Part shown: positions 53,301 to 64,000 of the stretch, piece by piece
How the letters are laid out: each line of letters opens with the position of its first letter
Numbering within the stretch: the first letter of the stretch is position 1
Notes under the pieces: generated by a model
Told to the model about the DNA's origin: nothing
The model's database searches: none
Seen by the model: only the letters and a program-made list of their open reading frames with translations
Translations under genes and position numbers: made by a program
Assembly: GCA_000004695.1 (NCBI GenBank)
Contig: CM000155.2
Location: 928,001-992,000, forward strand
Source of the DNA: Dictyostelium discoideum
Taxonomy: Eukaryota
DNA: 64,000 nucleotides
Direction: 5' to 3'

Positions 53301-54432
53301 AGAATTTCATTAAATTAAAAAAATTGAAAAAAAAAAAAAAAATAAAAAAAAATATTCCGGAAAATTTTTTTTTCATTTTGAAACAGTTTATTAATCATTT
53401 CACAATTACACACCTCTATCATGATTAAAAAGTTATTTTTATAAAAACTAAAAAAAAAAAATGTTTCTTACCTTTTTTTTTTATTTTTTTTTTTTTCTCT
53501 CTTTTTTTTTTTTTTTTACATATAGTTCTTTTTTTGTATTTCGTTTGTAAAAATAAATAAATAAATAAAAAATTAAAAAAATAAAAAAATAAAATAAAAA
53601 AATAAAAAATTCGTTCTATGTGTTTTTGATTGAAATTCTAATTCGGAAAATTTATATTTATTGTTTATTATTACTATTGTTATTATTATTATTATTTTTT
53701 TTTATTATTTTTATTATGATTATATATTTATTTTTATTTTTCTTATTTTTTTTGGTTATATATTTCCTAAACACTTTTTTTTTTTTTTTTTTTTACTATT
53801 TTTATTATTTTTTTTTTTTTTTTTATAAAATGGAAAAAAAGAATTATTACGAAACACACATACATACACTCCCCCTGTATGTTGTAATAATTTTATTGGT
53901 TTTTTTTTTTTTTTTTTTTTTTTTCCCAATATAAAAAAAAAAACCAATAAATTTTTTAATTATTAAAAAAAAGAATAGGTAATTTTTCAAAGGTCTATAT
54001 CAAAACCTAAATGGGGGGGGGGGGGGGGGGTTAATATAAAAAAACATAAATTATAATATAAAAAATAAAAAAAAAAAAAATAAAACAAACGATAAATTTT
54101 TTTTAATTTTTGTATACAAATGTGTTGTAGTGGTGAATTCCACAACAATTTTGGAAATTTAACAATTATATACATTAAATTAAATCTAAAACATTGATTA
54201 ATCTATTATCTACTTAAAATGGAAATAACTTTTTTATTTTTTTTTTTTTTTATTTTTTTATTTAAATAATGTTTTTTAATTTCTACTTTTTTTTTTTTTA
54301 TTTTATTTTATTATTATTTTAGTTATTGATTTTTTTTTGATTTTTTATATTTTTATTTTTATTTATATTTGATTTGTTTAATTTTTATTTACAATTTACT
54401 ATAATTATTATTATTATTCTTTATACAAAAAT

Positions 54433-54474
<42 letters not shown>

Positions 54475-54513
54475 TAATATTATTATTATTATTATTATTA
54501 AATATTTAATTTT

Positions 54514-56910
54514 TTAAAAATTAATTTTTAAATGTGTTTGAATATATTTTGAAGTATTATATGCTTGACCAACTGGAACTGTTGGATAAATTGTTTGTTG
54601 AACTACCCATTGTTCTTCTAAATTTTCAACCATTCTATTGAATGATTCCTTATTGAATGGTTTACGATTTTCAACAGATTGCACTAATGACTTTAAAAAG
54701 AGTTGCCAACGTGGTGAATAGAAATCACTTACTAAACCACTCCATAGTTTGAAAGCGTAATCATGGAGTACAGAATTTGAAGGACCCCATAAAGTTAAGA
54801 CATTACGAGCATTGAATTCGTATGGTGCGGTATTTGAGTTACTACTATTTTGAAGGGTTGGGATATCGTTGGTTGGGTAGGCCCATAATCTAGCACGGTA
54901 TGTCCATAACCCCAATTGAAGAGAACTTTGCGTACTTGCAATTTCATCCATGTAGTTGATGATATCCAACAACTCGATTGAAATAGTTGACAATGTTTGC
55001 ACATCAGAGGCATTGAATGCTTCAATCAATAGGAAGTATTGGTCCATGAAGTAGTTACTTAAAGATTGCATTGTGAATTCTGATATGTCAAATTCGAATG
55101 TTTCCGTGGAAATTACATATTCATCATCCACCATTGAAAAGACGTTCCATGCATTGTAGAGTATATTTGGATTGTAGAATGAATTATTGCCAAATGTTAA
55201 TTGTGGTCTTAATGCAATAAAGCTTTCAGGTGCTCCCATATTTGCACGAGCAGTTGCAGCCGTGGCATTGAAAACAGTGTTGACCAAACTAATCCACACG
55301 TCGACAATCTCTGGAACCAATTTACCATATCTTCTATGAGTGTATTGTGTGACCCATTCTGTTAGATTAGGTTGCACCGATCTCCAAGACATTTCACTCA
55401 TCATATCATATACCACCACATTTTGTTCAATTGCCTCTGGTGTTAAACCAATGCCAACCATGTTTGGTGACAAGCCACGGGCTGTAATGGGGTTGCTGGA
55501 AATCCATGGTAAACGTCCATACATTCCGCTTCTGCCACCGAAATTATGTAGCATACACCAAACCCAATAATGACCGTAGTAGTAGTTTGTAGTTGTCCAA
55601 CCTGGTATTACATCAGACCAAAGATCCAATACTAACACACCACCAATTGGTACACCAGAGAACCATGCTTCTGTTTGTTTTGCTTGCCAGAATTCTGGAG
55701 CATCAACAATGAACCAGCCTTGTAATACCCAAACTGCTTTTGGATCGGCTAATAACACATTTTCATACATTGATTGCGAAGTTTGTCTTAAATAATCTGT
55801 ATCATTTGATGGTGGCTCCAATTCATTGAATGGGTCGAAATTGTAGAAATGGTCAGTTCCAAATACATCAATCAACTCTCCGATGAACATGGTGGTGATT
55901 TTGGCGAATAGAGGGTCTGTTGACTCCAAGTAGAATGTACCATTGAAATTACACCATGTTGATAAAACACTAATGTTTGCTTGTGGGAAGAGTTGCTGAA
56001 TTGCGCCTGGTATATGACCGGCGAATCCTGGCAACACCGGTTTCATACCATACTGTCTCATACGCTCCAATATTTTAATTTGTAAATCCCTTTGTTTCTC
56101 TAACCAATCCAATGTAATTGGCCCACCCCAGCCATTTACATTACCCATTCTATTCCATGGTAAAAATGCTGGACCTGTTAACCAGGTGCTTATTTGGTCA
56201 AAGCTTAAACCGAGCTCACTGAAAACACGATACCAGATATACTCCTGGCCAACGAATGCTAATGGTAGATTATAGCCGTTCAAAGCCATCCAGTCGATCT
56301 CACGCTCCCATCTACTCCAATTCCACCATGTGGTACTGTACCCAAATGTGCACACATTCATGTAATATCTATAGGCTGATATCACTGGTATCGATACACT
56401 ACCCTCTGTTACCGCTGGTAATTGGCTATAACTTGTGATTGAACATTGGTCACCGGACCATGTGTAACTACAGAAGCAATAATACTTTAAATAATATTGT
56501 AAACCCATGGCTAAATTCACACCGGAATCTGCCCTAATCGTTACAAATGTTATATTTTTTGAGGAATCTTCATTTTCAACTGATTCCGTTGAAATTTCAT
56601 AATATTCACCAGTCATCCATTCGGATTCTTCAATCTTTAATTTAAAGAATAATGTCATTTCAAAATTAAATAATCTTTCAATTAGCCCATAAACTGTTGA
56701 AATTTGTTTATTACCATCTTTATAATCTCTTTCCATATGTAAATCTAATAAAACATTATTAAATCTTTGATCTTCAATATTATTTAAAATTTCATTACCA
56801 TTATCATTAAAATTAATTTGATTATTAAATTGAATTGATTTTGAAAAATTTATTACTAAAAATGTTAAAAATATTAAAAATCCAAATTTGGATTTATTAA
56901 TTTTTAACAT
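54514..56910 (-). CDS. Alpha-N-acetylglucosaminidase (NAGLU, glycoside hydrolase family 89), secreted/lysosomal; single exon, 798 aa
   Basis: Signal peptide MLKINKSKFGFLIFLTFLVINFS. GH89 blocks match human NAGLU: GYNLPLAFVGQEYIWYRVF, GPAFLPWNRMGN, WCMLHNFGG, LTLWGP..NSVLHDYAFKLWSGLVSDFYSPRW. Confidence 0.88.
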   Translation of the reverse strand: MLKINKSKFGFLIFLTFLVINFSKSIQFNNQINFNDNGNEILNNIEDQRFNNVLLDLHMERDYKDGNKQISTVYGLIERLFNFEMTLFFKLKIEESEWMTGEYYEISTESVENEDSSKNITFVTIRADSGVNLAMGLQYYLKYYCFCSYTWSGDQCSITSYSQLPAVTEGSVSIPVISAYRYYMNVCTFGYSTTWWNWSRWEREIDWMALNGYNLPLAFVGQEYIWYRVFSELGLSFDQISTWLTGPAFLPWNRMGNVNGWGGPITLDWLEKQRDLQIKILERMRQYGMKPVLPGFAGHIPGAIQQLFPQANISVLSTWCNFNGTFYLESTDPLFAKITTMFIGELIDVFGTDHFYNFDPFNELEPPSNDTDYLRQTSQSMYENVLLADPKAVWVLQGWFIVDAPEFWQAKQTEAWFSGVPIGGVLVLDLWSDVIPGWTTTNYYYGHYWVWCMLHNFGGRSGMYGRLPWISSNPITARGLSPNMVGIGLTPEAIEQNVVVYDMMSEMSWRSVQPNLTEWVTQYTHRRYGKLVPEIVDVWISLVNTVFNATAATARANMGAPESFIALRPQLTFGNNSFYNPNILYNAWNVFSMVDDEYVISTETFEFDISEFTMQSLSNYFMDQYFLLIEAFNASDVQTLSTISIELLDIINYMDEIASTQSSLQLGLWTYRARLWAYPTNDIPTLQNSSNSNTAPYEFNARNVLTLWGPSNSVLHDYAFKLWSGLVSDFYSPRWQLFLKSLVQSVENRKPFNKESFNRMVENLEEQWVVQQTIYPTVPVGQAYNTSKYIQTHLKINF

Positions 56911-57940
56911 TTTCTATTTTTTTTTTTAATTGTTTATTATTGTTTTTTTTTTTTTTTAAAATGGGAAATTTCAAAAAAAAAAATGTGTGAATTGTTTTTT
57001 TTTTTTTTTTATGATTTGTTTTTTTTTATTTTTTATGAATAAAAATTTAAAATTTAAAAAAATAATCTGAATAAAAAAATAAAATTTATTTGTGAATTAT
57101 ATAATTTGTTAAAAAAAAAAAAAAAAGGAAAAAAAAAAAGTTATTTTTAAATTAAAATTAAAAAAAATTATTCATAAAAAAAAATAAAAAAATAAAATTA
57201 ATTAAAAAAAAAAAAAAAATAAAAAAAAAAAATAAAAAAAAAAAAACTTATTTTTTTTATTTTTTTTTTATTGGTTAATTAAAAAAAACACACACACACA
57301 CTTTATCATTAATTGAAAAAAAAAAGGTAAAAAAAAAAAAAAGTTATTTTTGTTGAAAATTGTGGGCTTTCTTAGTGTTAAAACAAATAAAACATCCAAT
57401 TTACAAACTTTTTTCCTGCCAATTTTTTTTTTTTTTTTTATTCCCATTTTTTTGCAACCATCTCAAAAAAAAAAAATTTTAATCTCATTTGTTTATATAT
57501 TAATACCACCTTACTTTTTTTTTTTTTTTTTTTAGGAACTTTTCAAATGTTTTAAATCTCAATCACTAATTCCTTTAATTAATCCTTTTTAATTTTTTTT
57601 TTTTTGGTAATTTTTTTTTTTTTTTTTTTTTCTAGATTTGATTAAATTAAAAGTATTGATTGTTTGAAATTATGAAATGAGTTGAATTTAGATAATTAAT
57701 TTGTTAATAAAATAAATTTATTAACAAAAAAAAAAAAAAAAAAAAAATGAAAAAAATGATAAAAATAAAAAAAATAAAAAAATAAAAGCTAAACTGAACT
57801 TTAAATTCTTTAAAAATAAAAGAAAAAAAAAAATGAAAAAATAAAAAAAAAAAAAAAAAAAATCATTTTTAATCATTTTACCTTAATTAATAAATAACAT
57901 TAAACGAATGTGCGTGGATTTCATTGCAATTTTGTCGAGA

Positions 57941-57978
<38 letters not shown>

Positions 57979-58273
57979 GTTGTCCGATCATCTTGATCAA
58001 AATTCGTTTTTGAATATTTTTTTTTTTTTTTTTTTTTGATTTTTTTTTTTTTTTTTTTTTTTTTGATTAATTTTTTTTTTTTTTGTTAACGGTTTTAAAA
58101 AATTACTTTTATTTTTAGCAAATTATTTTACATACAAATATATATTTTGTACTTAATCAATCAAATACAATTAAAAAAAGCAATAAAATAATAAAATAAA
58201 AATAGAAAATAATTAATCAAAACAAAAATAAAAATTAAAATTATAAAAAACCCCCATATATAAAAAATCCAAA

Positions 58274-58308
<35 letters not shown>

Positions 58309-59065
58309 ATTTTATTTTATTTTTTATTTTTTTTTTTTTTTGGGGGTTTTTGCCTTTTAATTTTAATTGAAATAACCATGGGGGGTGGGGTTTAAAATTA
58401 AATTTTCCCAACCAATTTTTTTTTTTTTTTAAAAAAAACCTCCAAACCCTTTTTTAAAAACCCCCCATACCTATTTTCCCCCCCAAAAACCCTGGGGGTT
58501 TTTTTTTAAACAAATTTGGTCCTTTCCCCCTATTTTTTAATATTATTAATATTAATAATATTAATAATATTATTTATTTTTTTAAAAATTTTTTAAAAAA
58601 AAAAAAAAATAATTATAAAAAAATTAAATAATTAAATTAATCAAAAAAAGTACTTATTGATAGAAACGAATAAAAGAATAAAATTATTTACAACTAAAAA
58701 TAATTATTTTATAAAAAACCAATATGTAAATATATTTATTGAATCGAAATTTATATCTAATCATATTCACAAATATAATTATTTACCTACATTTAATTCA
58801 TTCATACACTACCTTTTAAAACAATACCACCACCGTCATCATCATCATCTCATCATCAAAAATATACATTTTAATTACCTACAATCTATAATAGATCCCT
58901 ATTTTTAATTTAATAATAACAACATCAATAATAACAATAAAAATAATAAAAATAATTGTTTTAATTTTATAAATACTATTGGAAGTTGTTGGGGTGTGTG
59001 TTAAAAATAGTAACTCAATTATTATTTTTATTGTTTTTTTTTTTCATCTCGAGATATAAAAATAA

Positions 59066-59071
59066 CAATGT

Positions 59072-59100
<29 letters not shown>
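59066..59100. repeat. (TG)n dinucleotide microsatellite, ~16 units
   Basis: Direct reading of gtgtgtgtgtgt... Confidence 0.9.
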
Positions 59101-59102
<2 letters not shown>

Positions 59103-59321
59103 GAATGGGTGTTTTTTTTTTTTTTTTAATTATTTTATTTATATTATCTTTATTTTTTTTTTTATTTTATTATTTTTTTTTTTTGTTTTATTATTTTTTA
59201 TTTTGTTTTATTATTTTTTTGTATATTGCGGTTAATTGTTTGTACAAAATATCAAATATAAGGTACAGTAAATTTTATTAAATATTGATAGTAGTAGTAG
59301 TAGGGGTTTGCAATTCATATG

Positions 59322-59364
<43 letters not shown>

Positions 59365-60439
59365 ATAATTATATTTTATTTAAATGATTTAAATAATATA
59401 ACTTTTTTTTTTTTTTTTTTTTTTGTTTTTATTTTTATTTTATTTTTGTTATTTAATTTTTCATTTTACATGTAAATATTTCTTTCAATCATAAAAAAAA
59501 AAAAAAAAAAAAAAAAAAAGATCAAAAAGTAAAATAGTTAAAAAAAAAAAAAAATAATCAAAGATTGGGATTGTGTTAACAGGATCATTAATTGGATTAA
59601 AAAAAAAAAAAAAAATCCTAATAGTCGTTAATTTTTTTTTTTTTCTTTTAATTTCCAACCAATCACCCATTATTTTTTTTTTATTTTTTTTTATTTTTTT
59701 TTAAAAATAAAAATAAAAATAAAAATAAAAATAGACAATACAAATAGAATAAAAATAAATAATAATTTTTTTAAAAAACAAAACAAATTAAAAAAAAAAG
59801 AAATAAAATTTAAAATTTAAATAACAATAATAAGAATTAAAAAAAAATCAAAAACAATTTTTTAAACATTAAAATATTATCGTACAAAAGCGTGATTGGA
59901 ATATCGCTTTTGGTGGTTTTTTATTTTCGCACAATTTTTTGAAATCTTTATCCTCCATTCACCCAAACTTTTTTTTTTTTTTTTTTTTTTATTATTTTTT
60001 TTTCATTTTTTTTTCAAATAAAAGTTTTTTCATCACTATTTTTTTCTTTTTTTTTTCATTTTTTTTTTTTTTTTTTTTTTTTAAATGTCTAATTTTTGTT
60101 TAAATAATACCAACAAAGAAAAATATTAATCCTTTTTTTTTTTTTTTTTTAATTAATTTATTTATTTATTTGTAGTATAGATAAATAGTTATAATAAATT
60201 ATAATTATAATAAAAATAAAAAAATTTAGAGTGTAAAAAAAAAAATAAAAAAAAAATTTTAATAGGAAAAAAAAAAAAAAGGAAAGGAAAGGAAAGGAAA
60301 GGAAAAAAAAAAAAAACAAGAAAATTAAAAATTTAATTTTTACAAGGAGAGAAGGTTAGAAAAGTAGAGAGAAGTTAATAATATATTAATAAAAAAAAAA
60401 AAAAAAAAAAAGATAACAAAAAAAAAAAAAAAAAAAAAA

Positions 60440-60795
60440 ATGTCTCGTCAAATAATATTTGGTATTGACTTAGAGACAATTGTAACAACACAAAATCAAG
60501 CAGCATTTATATCAGAGGTACCAAAAATTGTAGCACAAGTAATCGAATGGTTAGATAAATTTAATGCTGTAAATGAAGAAGGTATTTTCAGAATTCCAGG
60601 TAATGGTGTAACAATTCAAGAAATTAAAAAAAGTTTTGATGAAGGTAAAGGTGATTTATCAAAATTTAATTCTTCAGATATTCATTCAGTTGCTGGTGTT
60701 TTAAAATTATATTTAAGAGAATTACCAGAACCATTATTTATTTGGAGATATTATTCAACATTTATTAAAGTTATAAGTAAGTAGGAATTTTTTTG

Positions 60796-60833
<38 letters not shown>

Positions 60834-61752
60834 ATGTTTTCCAGTTTTTTATTTTTTTTGTTTTCCTTCTTTTACTAATTTTTTTTTTTTTTTTTTATTT
60901 ATTTTTTTTTAAAATTAATTTAGAAAATCCTGATCATTTACAAAGAGCATTACATTTAAGAATGTTATGTTATGGATTACCAAAAGTAAATAGAGATCTA
61001 GTATTAAGTTTAATGGTATTTTTAAATAAAATTTCATTAAATAATAGAGTTAATAAAATGACAAGTCAAAATTTAGCTACAGTATTTGCACCAAACATTT
61101 TAAGACCACAAAAAGAAACTTTAAATCAAATTATGGAAGATTCTGCTTATGTAACTAGTATTATAAAAACTTTTGTTGATGAAATTTCTTTTATATCAAA
61201 AGTAAGTTTATTATCTACAAAAAAAAAAAAAAAAAAAAACCATTTCCAAAAAGATACTAATATTTTCATTTTTTTTCTTAATTATTATTTTTTTTTTATT
61301 TTTATAAAAAAAAAGCAATCAAATCATTTATCAACATCAATTGATGATATACCATCGGTATCATTACCAAAATCACCATCAAATTATTCAGTGTCATCAG
61401 GAGGTGATTCAGTATCATCATTAGAGGAAGAGAATTTATATGCTACAGCTTTATATCCATATCAAGCAAGTGGACAATGGCATTTACCATTTAAAAAGGA
61501 TGACAAAATTGTATTATTAGATATTAAATCAGAGGAAGGTTGGTTAAAGGGTGAATTAAATGGAAAGATTGGTTATTTCCCAGCATCATATGTAGAGATT
61601 ATTGCAATTCCACCACCAGTTGGTACACCACAAACTTTAATTCCAATTCCAGATTTTGATTCACAACAAGATCTTTCAACAATTTCTTCACCAATTTTAT
61701 CATCAAGTACAACTTCAAGTTCTTCTTCAATTTCAACTGATAGTAATTTAAG

Positions 61753-61784
<32 letters not shown>

Positions 61785-64000
61785 ACAATAATAGTACACC
61801 AATTTTATCATCAACTTCAACTACAACAACAACTACTACAACAATTAATAATAATAATTCAAATAATACATTTCAACCAATTTCTGTATCAAAGTCTTCA
61901 TCATTTTCAAAATCAACCATTTCAACTAATCCATCATCAAAATCAAGTTCAAATTTATTAATTTCAAATCCACCACCAGTTAATAAATCGACGACAACAG
62001 CAACATCATCATCACCAGATATAACTAAAATAATAGGTGCACCACCAAATAAATTAACAGCACCACCACCACTTGTACCACCAACTTTTACAGCACCACC
62101 ACCACTTTCAGCTCCACCACCATTAATTTCACCAACTAGTACATTAACATCATCTTCAAATACAGCATTTACAGCACCACCAACAACTTCAACGACAAAT
62201 GGAGGTAATAGTCCATCAGGTAGTTCATTAAATATAGGTGGTGGCGGTAATAATAGTAGAGCAGGGTCATTCCTTCAATCAAATATAGGTGGAGGTGGTA
62301 GTAATACTACATCACCAGATTTAAGTAAAATTATGTCAACAACACCAAAACTTTCATTTAGTAGTGGTATTATGATGCCACCGTCATTAGGTATACCACC
62401 ACCATTATTACCATCAAAATTTTTAGGTAACCTTTCAAGTAGTAGTGGTAATATTTCACCACCAATTAGTAATAGTGGTGGTAGTAGAAATGGTTCATTT
62501 TTAGATTCACCACCACCACCACCACCATTATCAATTCCACCAACTCCTCTTCAAAATATACCACCACCATTACAAAATATACCGCCACCAATAACAACAC
62601 CAACTAAAACAACAACCACCACTGTAAGATCAAATTCACCATCATTATTACCAATCGATTTAGCAAATTTACCACCACCACCATTTTCACCATGTTCACC
62701 TGAACCACCACAAATTCAAAATTTAAATATAAATACCGATTTACCACCACCTCCACCACCACCAAATTTTATTGATAATGCAACTACCACAACAACAACA
62801 ACAGATGATGAAGATAGTAATAATAGTAATTTAAATATATATAATTTACCACCACCAATATTTAATATTGGTGATATTGATTTTAAAAATTTTGAAAATG
62901 GTGAATTAGCACCAATGGATATTAGTTTTATACCATTACCACCACCATTACCAGCGGTTGTACCAGCAAATATACCACCACCACCACCTCCACCACCTAA
63001 AAAATTAGATCGTAAAGATTCATATATTCATAAGAAAAAGATGTCACAAGAGAAAGAGAATGAAATTAAAAAGAAGAGAAGAGAAAGAGCCGAAGAAACT
63101 TTAACAACCGAACAAACCTATGTAAAACAATTAACTGTAGTATACGATAACTTTATAGAACCATATAAAAAGACTCAAAAATGTCATGGTTTAACAGGTG
63201 AAGAATTTATGGATATTTTCAATTGTCTTGAGGTGATTCTATCAAGTCATAAAACAAATTTACTTAAACCAATTGAAGATAGAATGTTAGTATGGGATAG
63301 TAAACCTCAAATGGGTGATATCTTTTTAAATAATACTTCATTCATTAAATTGTATAAACATTATGTAAACAACTATGATAAATCAATTCGTACATTGAAA
63401 CAATGTAAAGAGAAATACGATGGTTTTAAAACATATATGGCCTCTTTGGATTATAGTGAAAAACTTTCAAATCTATCATTGGAGTCTTTCTTAATTCTTC
63501 CAATCCAACGTTTACCACGTTATGTTATGTTGTTGCAAGATCTTTTGAAATATACAGCCAATGATCATGAGGATTTCAATCAACTTTGTGAAGCACTTTC
63601 AACCATTAAAGATTTAACCGAATCAATTAACACCAAAAAATCAGAGGAAGACAATAATACTAAAATCTTACAAGTTCAAGAACAAATCAAAGATATGCCA
63701 CCAAATACAATGACACTTCGTAAGAGATTCGTCACAGAGGGTGCATTAACTTTGAAAAAAGATAAATATTATGTATTCCTATTCACTGATGCTATGATTC
63801 TCACTAAACCTGGTAAAGAGAAAAAGAAATTTAAAAATATTATTAACCTTTCAACCGCTTCATTAAATACAACCGATGAACAAAATGTATTAAAAGTTAT
63901 AAGTCAAGAAGGTACTTTTAAATTCTCAACTGATAATCCAGCTGAACGTGAACATTGGGTTAAAGATATTAAAGATGCAATTGATACAGCTAGACAAGAT
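60440..64000 (+). CDS. RhoGAP - SH3 - Pro-rich - RhoGEF(DH) - PH multidomain protein, 3' partial (runs off the window); join(60440..60776,60924..61201,61316..>64000)
   Basis: RhoGAP: GIFRIPGN (arginine finger), VAGVLKLYLRELPEPL, NKMTSQNLATVFAPNILRP. SH3: ALYPYQASGQWHLPFKKDDKIVLLDIKSEEGWLKGELNGKIGYFPASYVEII. A proline-rich region with poly-P follows. DH: TEQTYVKQLTVVYDNFIEPY...LPIQRLPRYVMLLQDLLKYT. PH-like end: KYYVFLFTDAMILTKPGKEKKKF...REHWVKDIKDAI. Both donors are GTAAGT; phases are consistent and the frame is open to nt 64000. The GAP+GEF combination may correspond to the described DdRacGap1 (DRG) architecture. Confidence 0.8.

Overview
This window is Dictyostelium-type (social amoeba) nuclear DNA, not a prokaryotic locus. 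It is extremely AT-rich, with poly(A)/poly(T) tracts of 20-40 nt, (AAT)n/(ATT)n microsatellites that encode poly-Asn, and short AT-rich GT..AG introns. There are no CRISPR arrays, rRNA or tRNA genes, operons or defence-island features.

I reconstructed about 25 protein-coding genes by hand. Splice sites, frames and exon lengths were checked against the supplied ORF track. The track reports only ORFs that begin with a start codon (apparently including alternative TTG/GTG starts), so internal exons without Met are invisible to it.

Genes with good homology support:
- a 4-exon S10 serine carboxypeptidase;
- a 4-exon ArgJ (glutamate N-acetyltransferase) with a mitochondrial presequence exon;
- a 3-exon protein kinase with poly-Asn and Ser-rich tail;
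- an SRSF7/9G8-like SR protein (RRM, CCHC Zn-knuckle, RS domain) whose 704-nt second exon contains no Met and is absent from the ORF track;
- tafazzin;
- ribosomal protein L3 (ATGAG first exon, then intron);
- an Arc1p/AIMP1-like tRNA-binding protein (EMAP-II domain);
- a 4x polyubiquitin;
- cullin-1 (5 exons);
- an FGD-like RhoGEF(DH)-PH-FYVE protein;
- alpha-N-acetylglucosaminidase (GH89);
- a 3'-partial RhoGAP-SH3-DH-PH protein, which may correspond to the described DdRacGap1 (DRG) architecture.

Other reconstructed genes:
- a FNIP-repeat protein, and a paralogous neighbour truncated by a 100-N assembly gap;
- two adjacent EGF-like type I membrane protein genes;
- a TETP-repeat secreted protein with two cellulose-binding-like modules, whose first exon lies outside the window;
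- a small roadblock/LC7-like gene that the ORF track misses;
- several Asn-rich hypothetical proteins.

The most interesting non-genic signals are:
- a ~280-bp degenerate duplicate of a gene's 3' end lying 1.5 kb downstream, with a 152-nt near-perfect palindrome exactly at the junction;
- a 155-nt imperfect hairpin inside a 2.7-kb ORF-free, GC-normal island;
- a perfect 13-bp GC-containing stem-loop;
- an 18/19-nt GC-containing motif shared by two distant intergenic regions;
- a duplicated AAATAAATGCCCGG box upstream of rpl3;
- a 1.09-kb intron in the SR-protein gene carrying GC-normal islands;
- poly-G/poly-C runs that look like assembly or sequencing artefacts.
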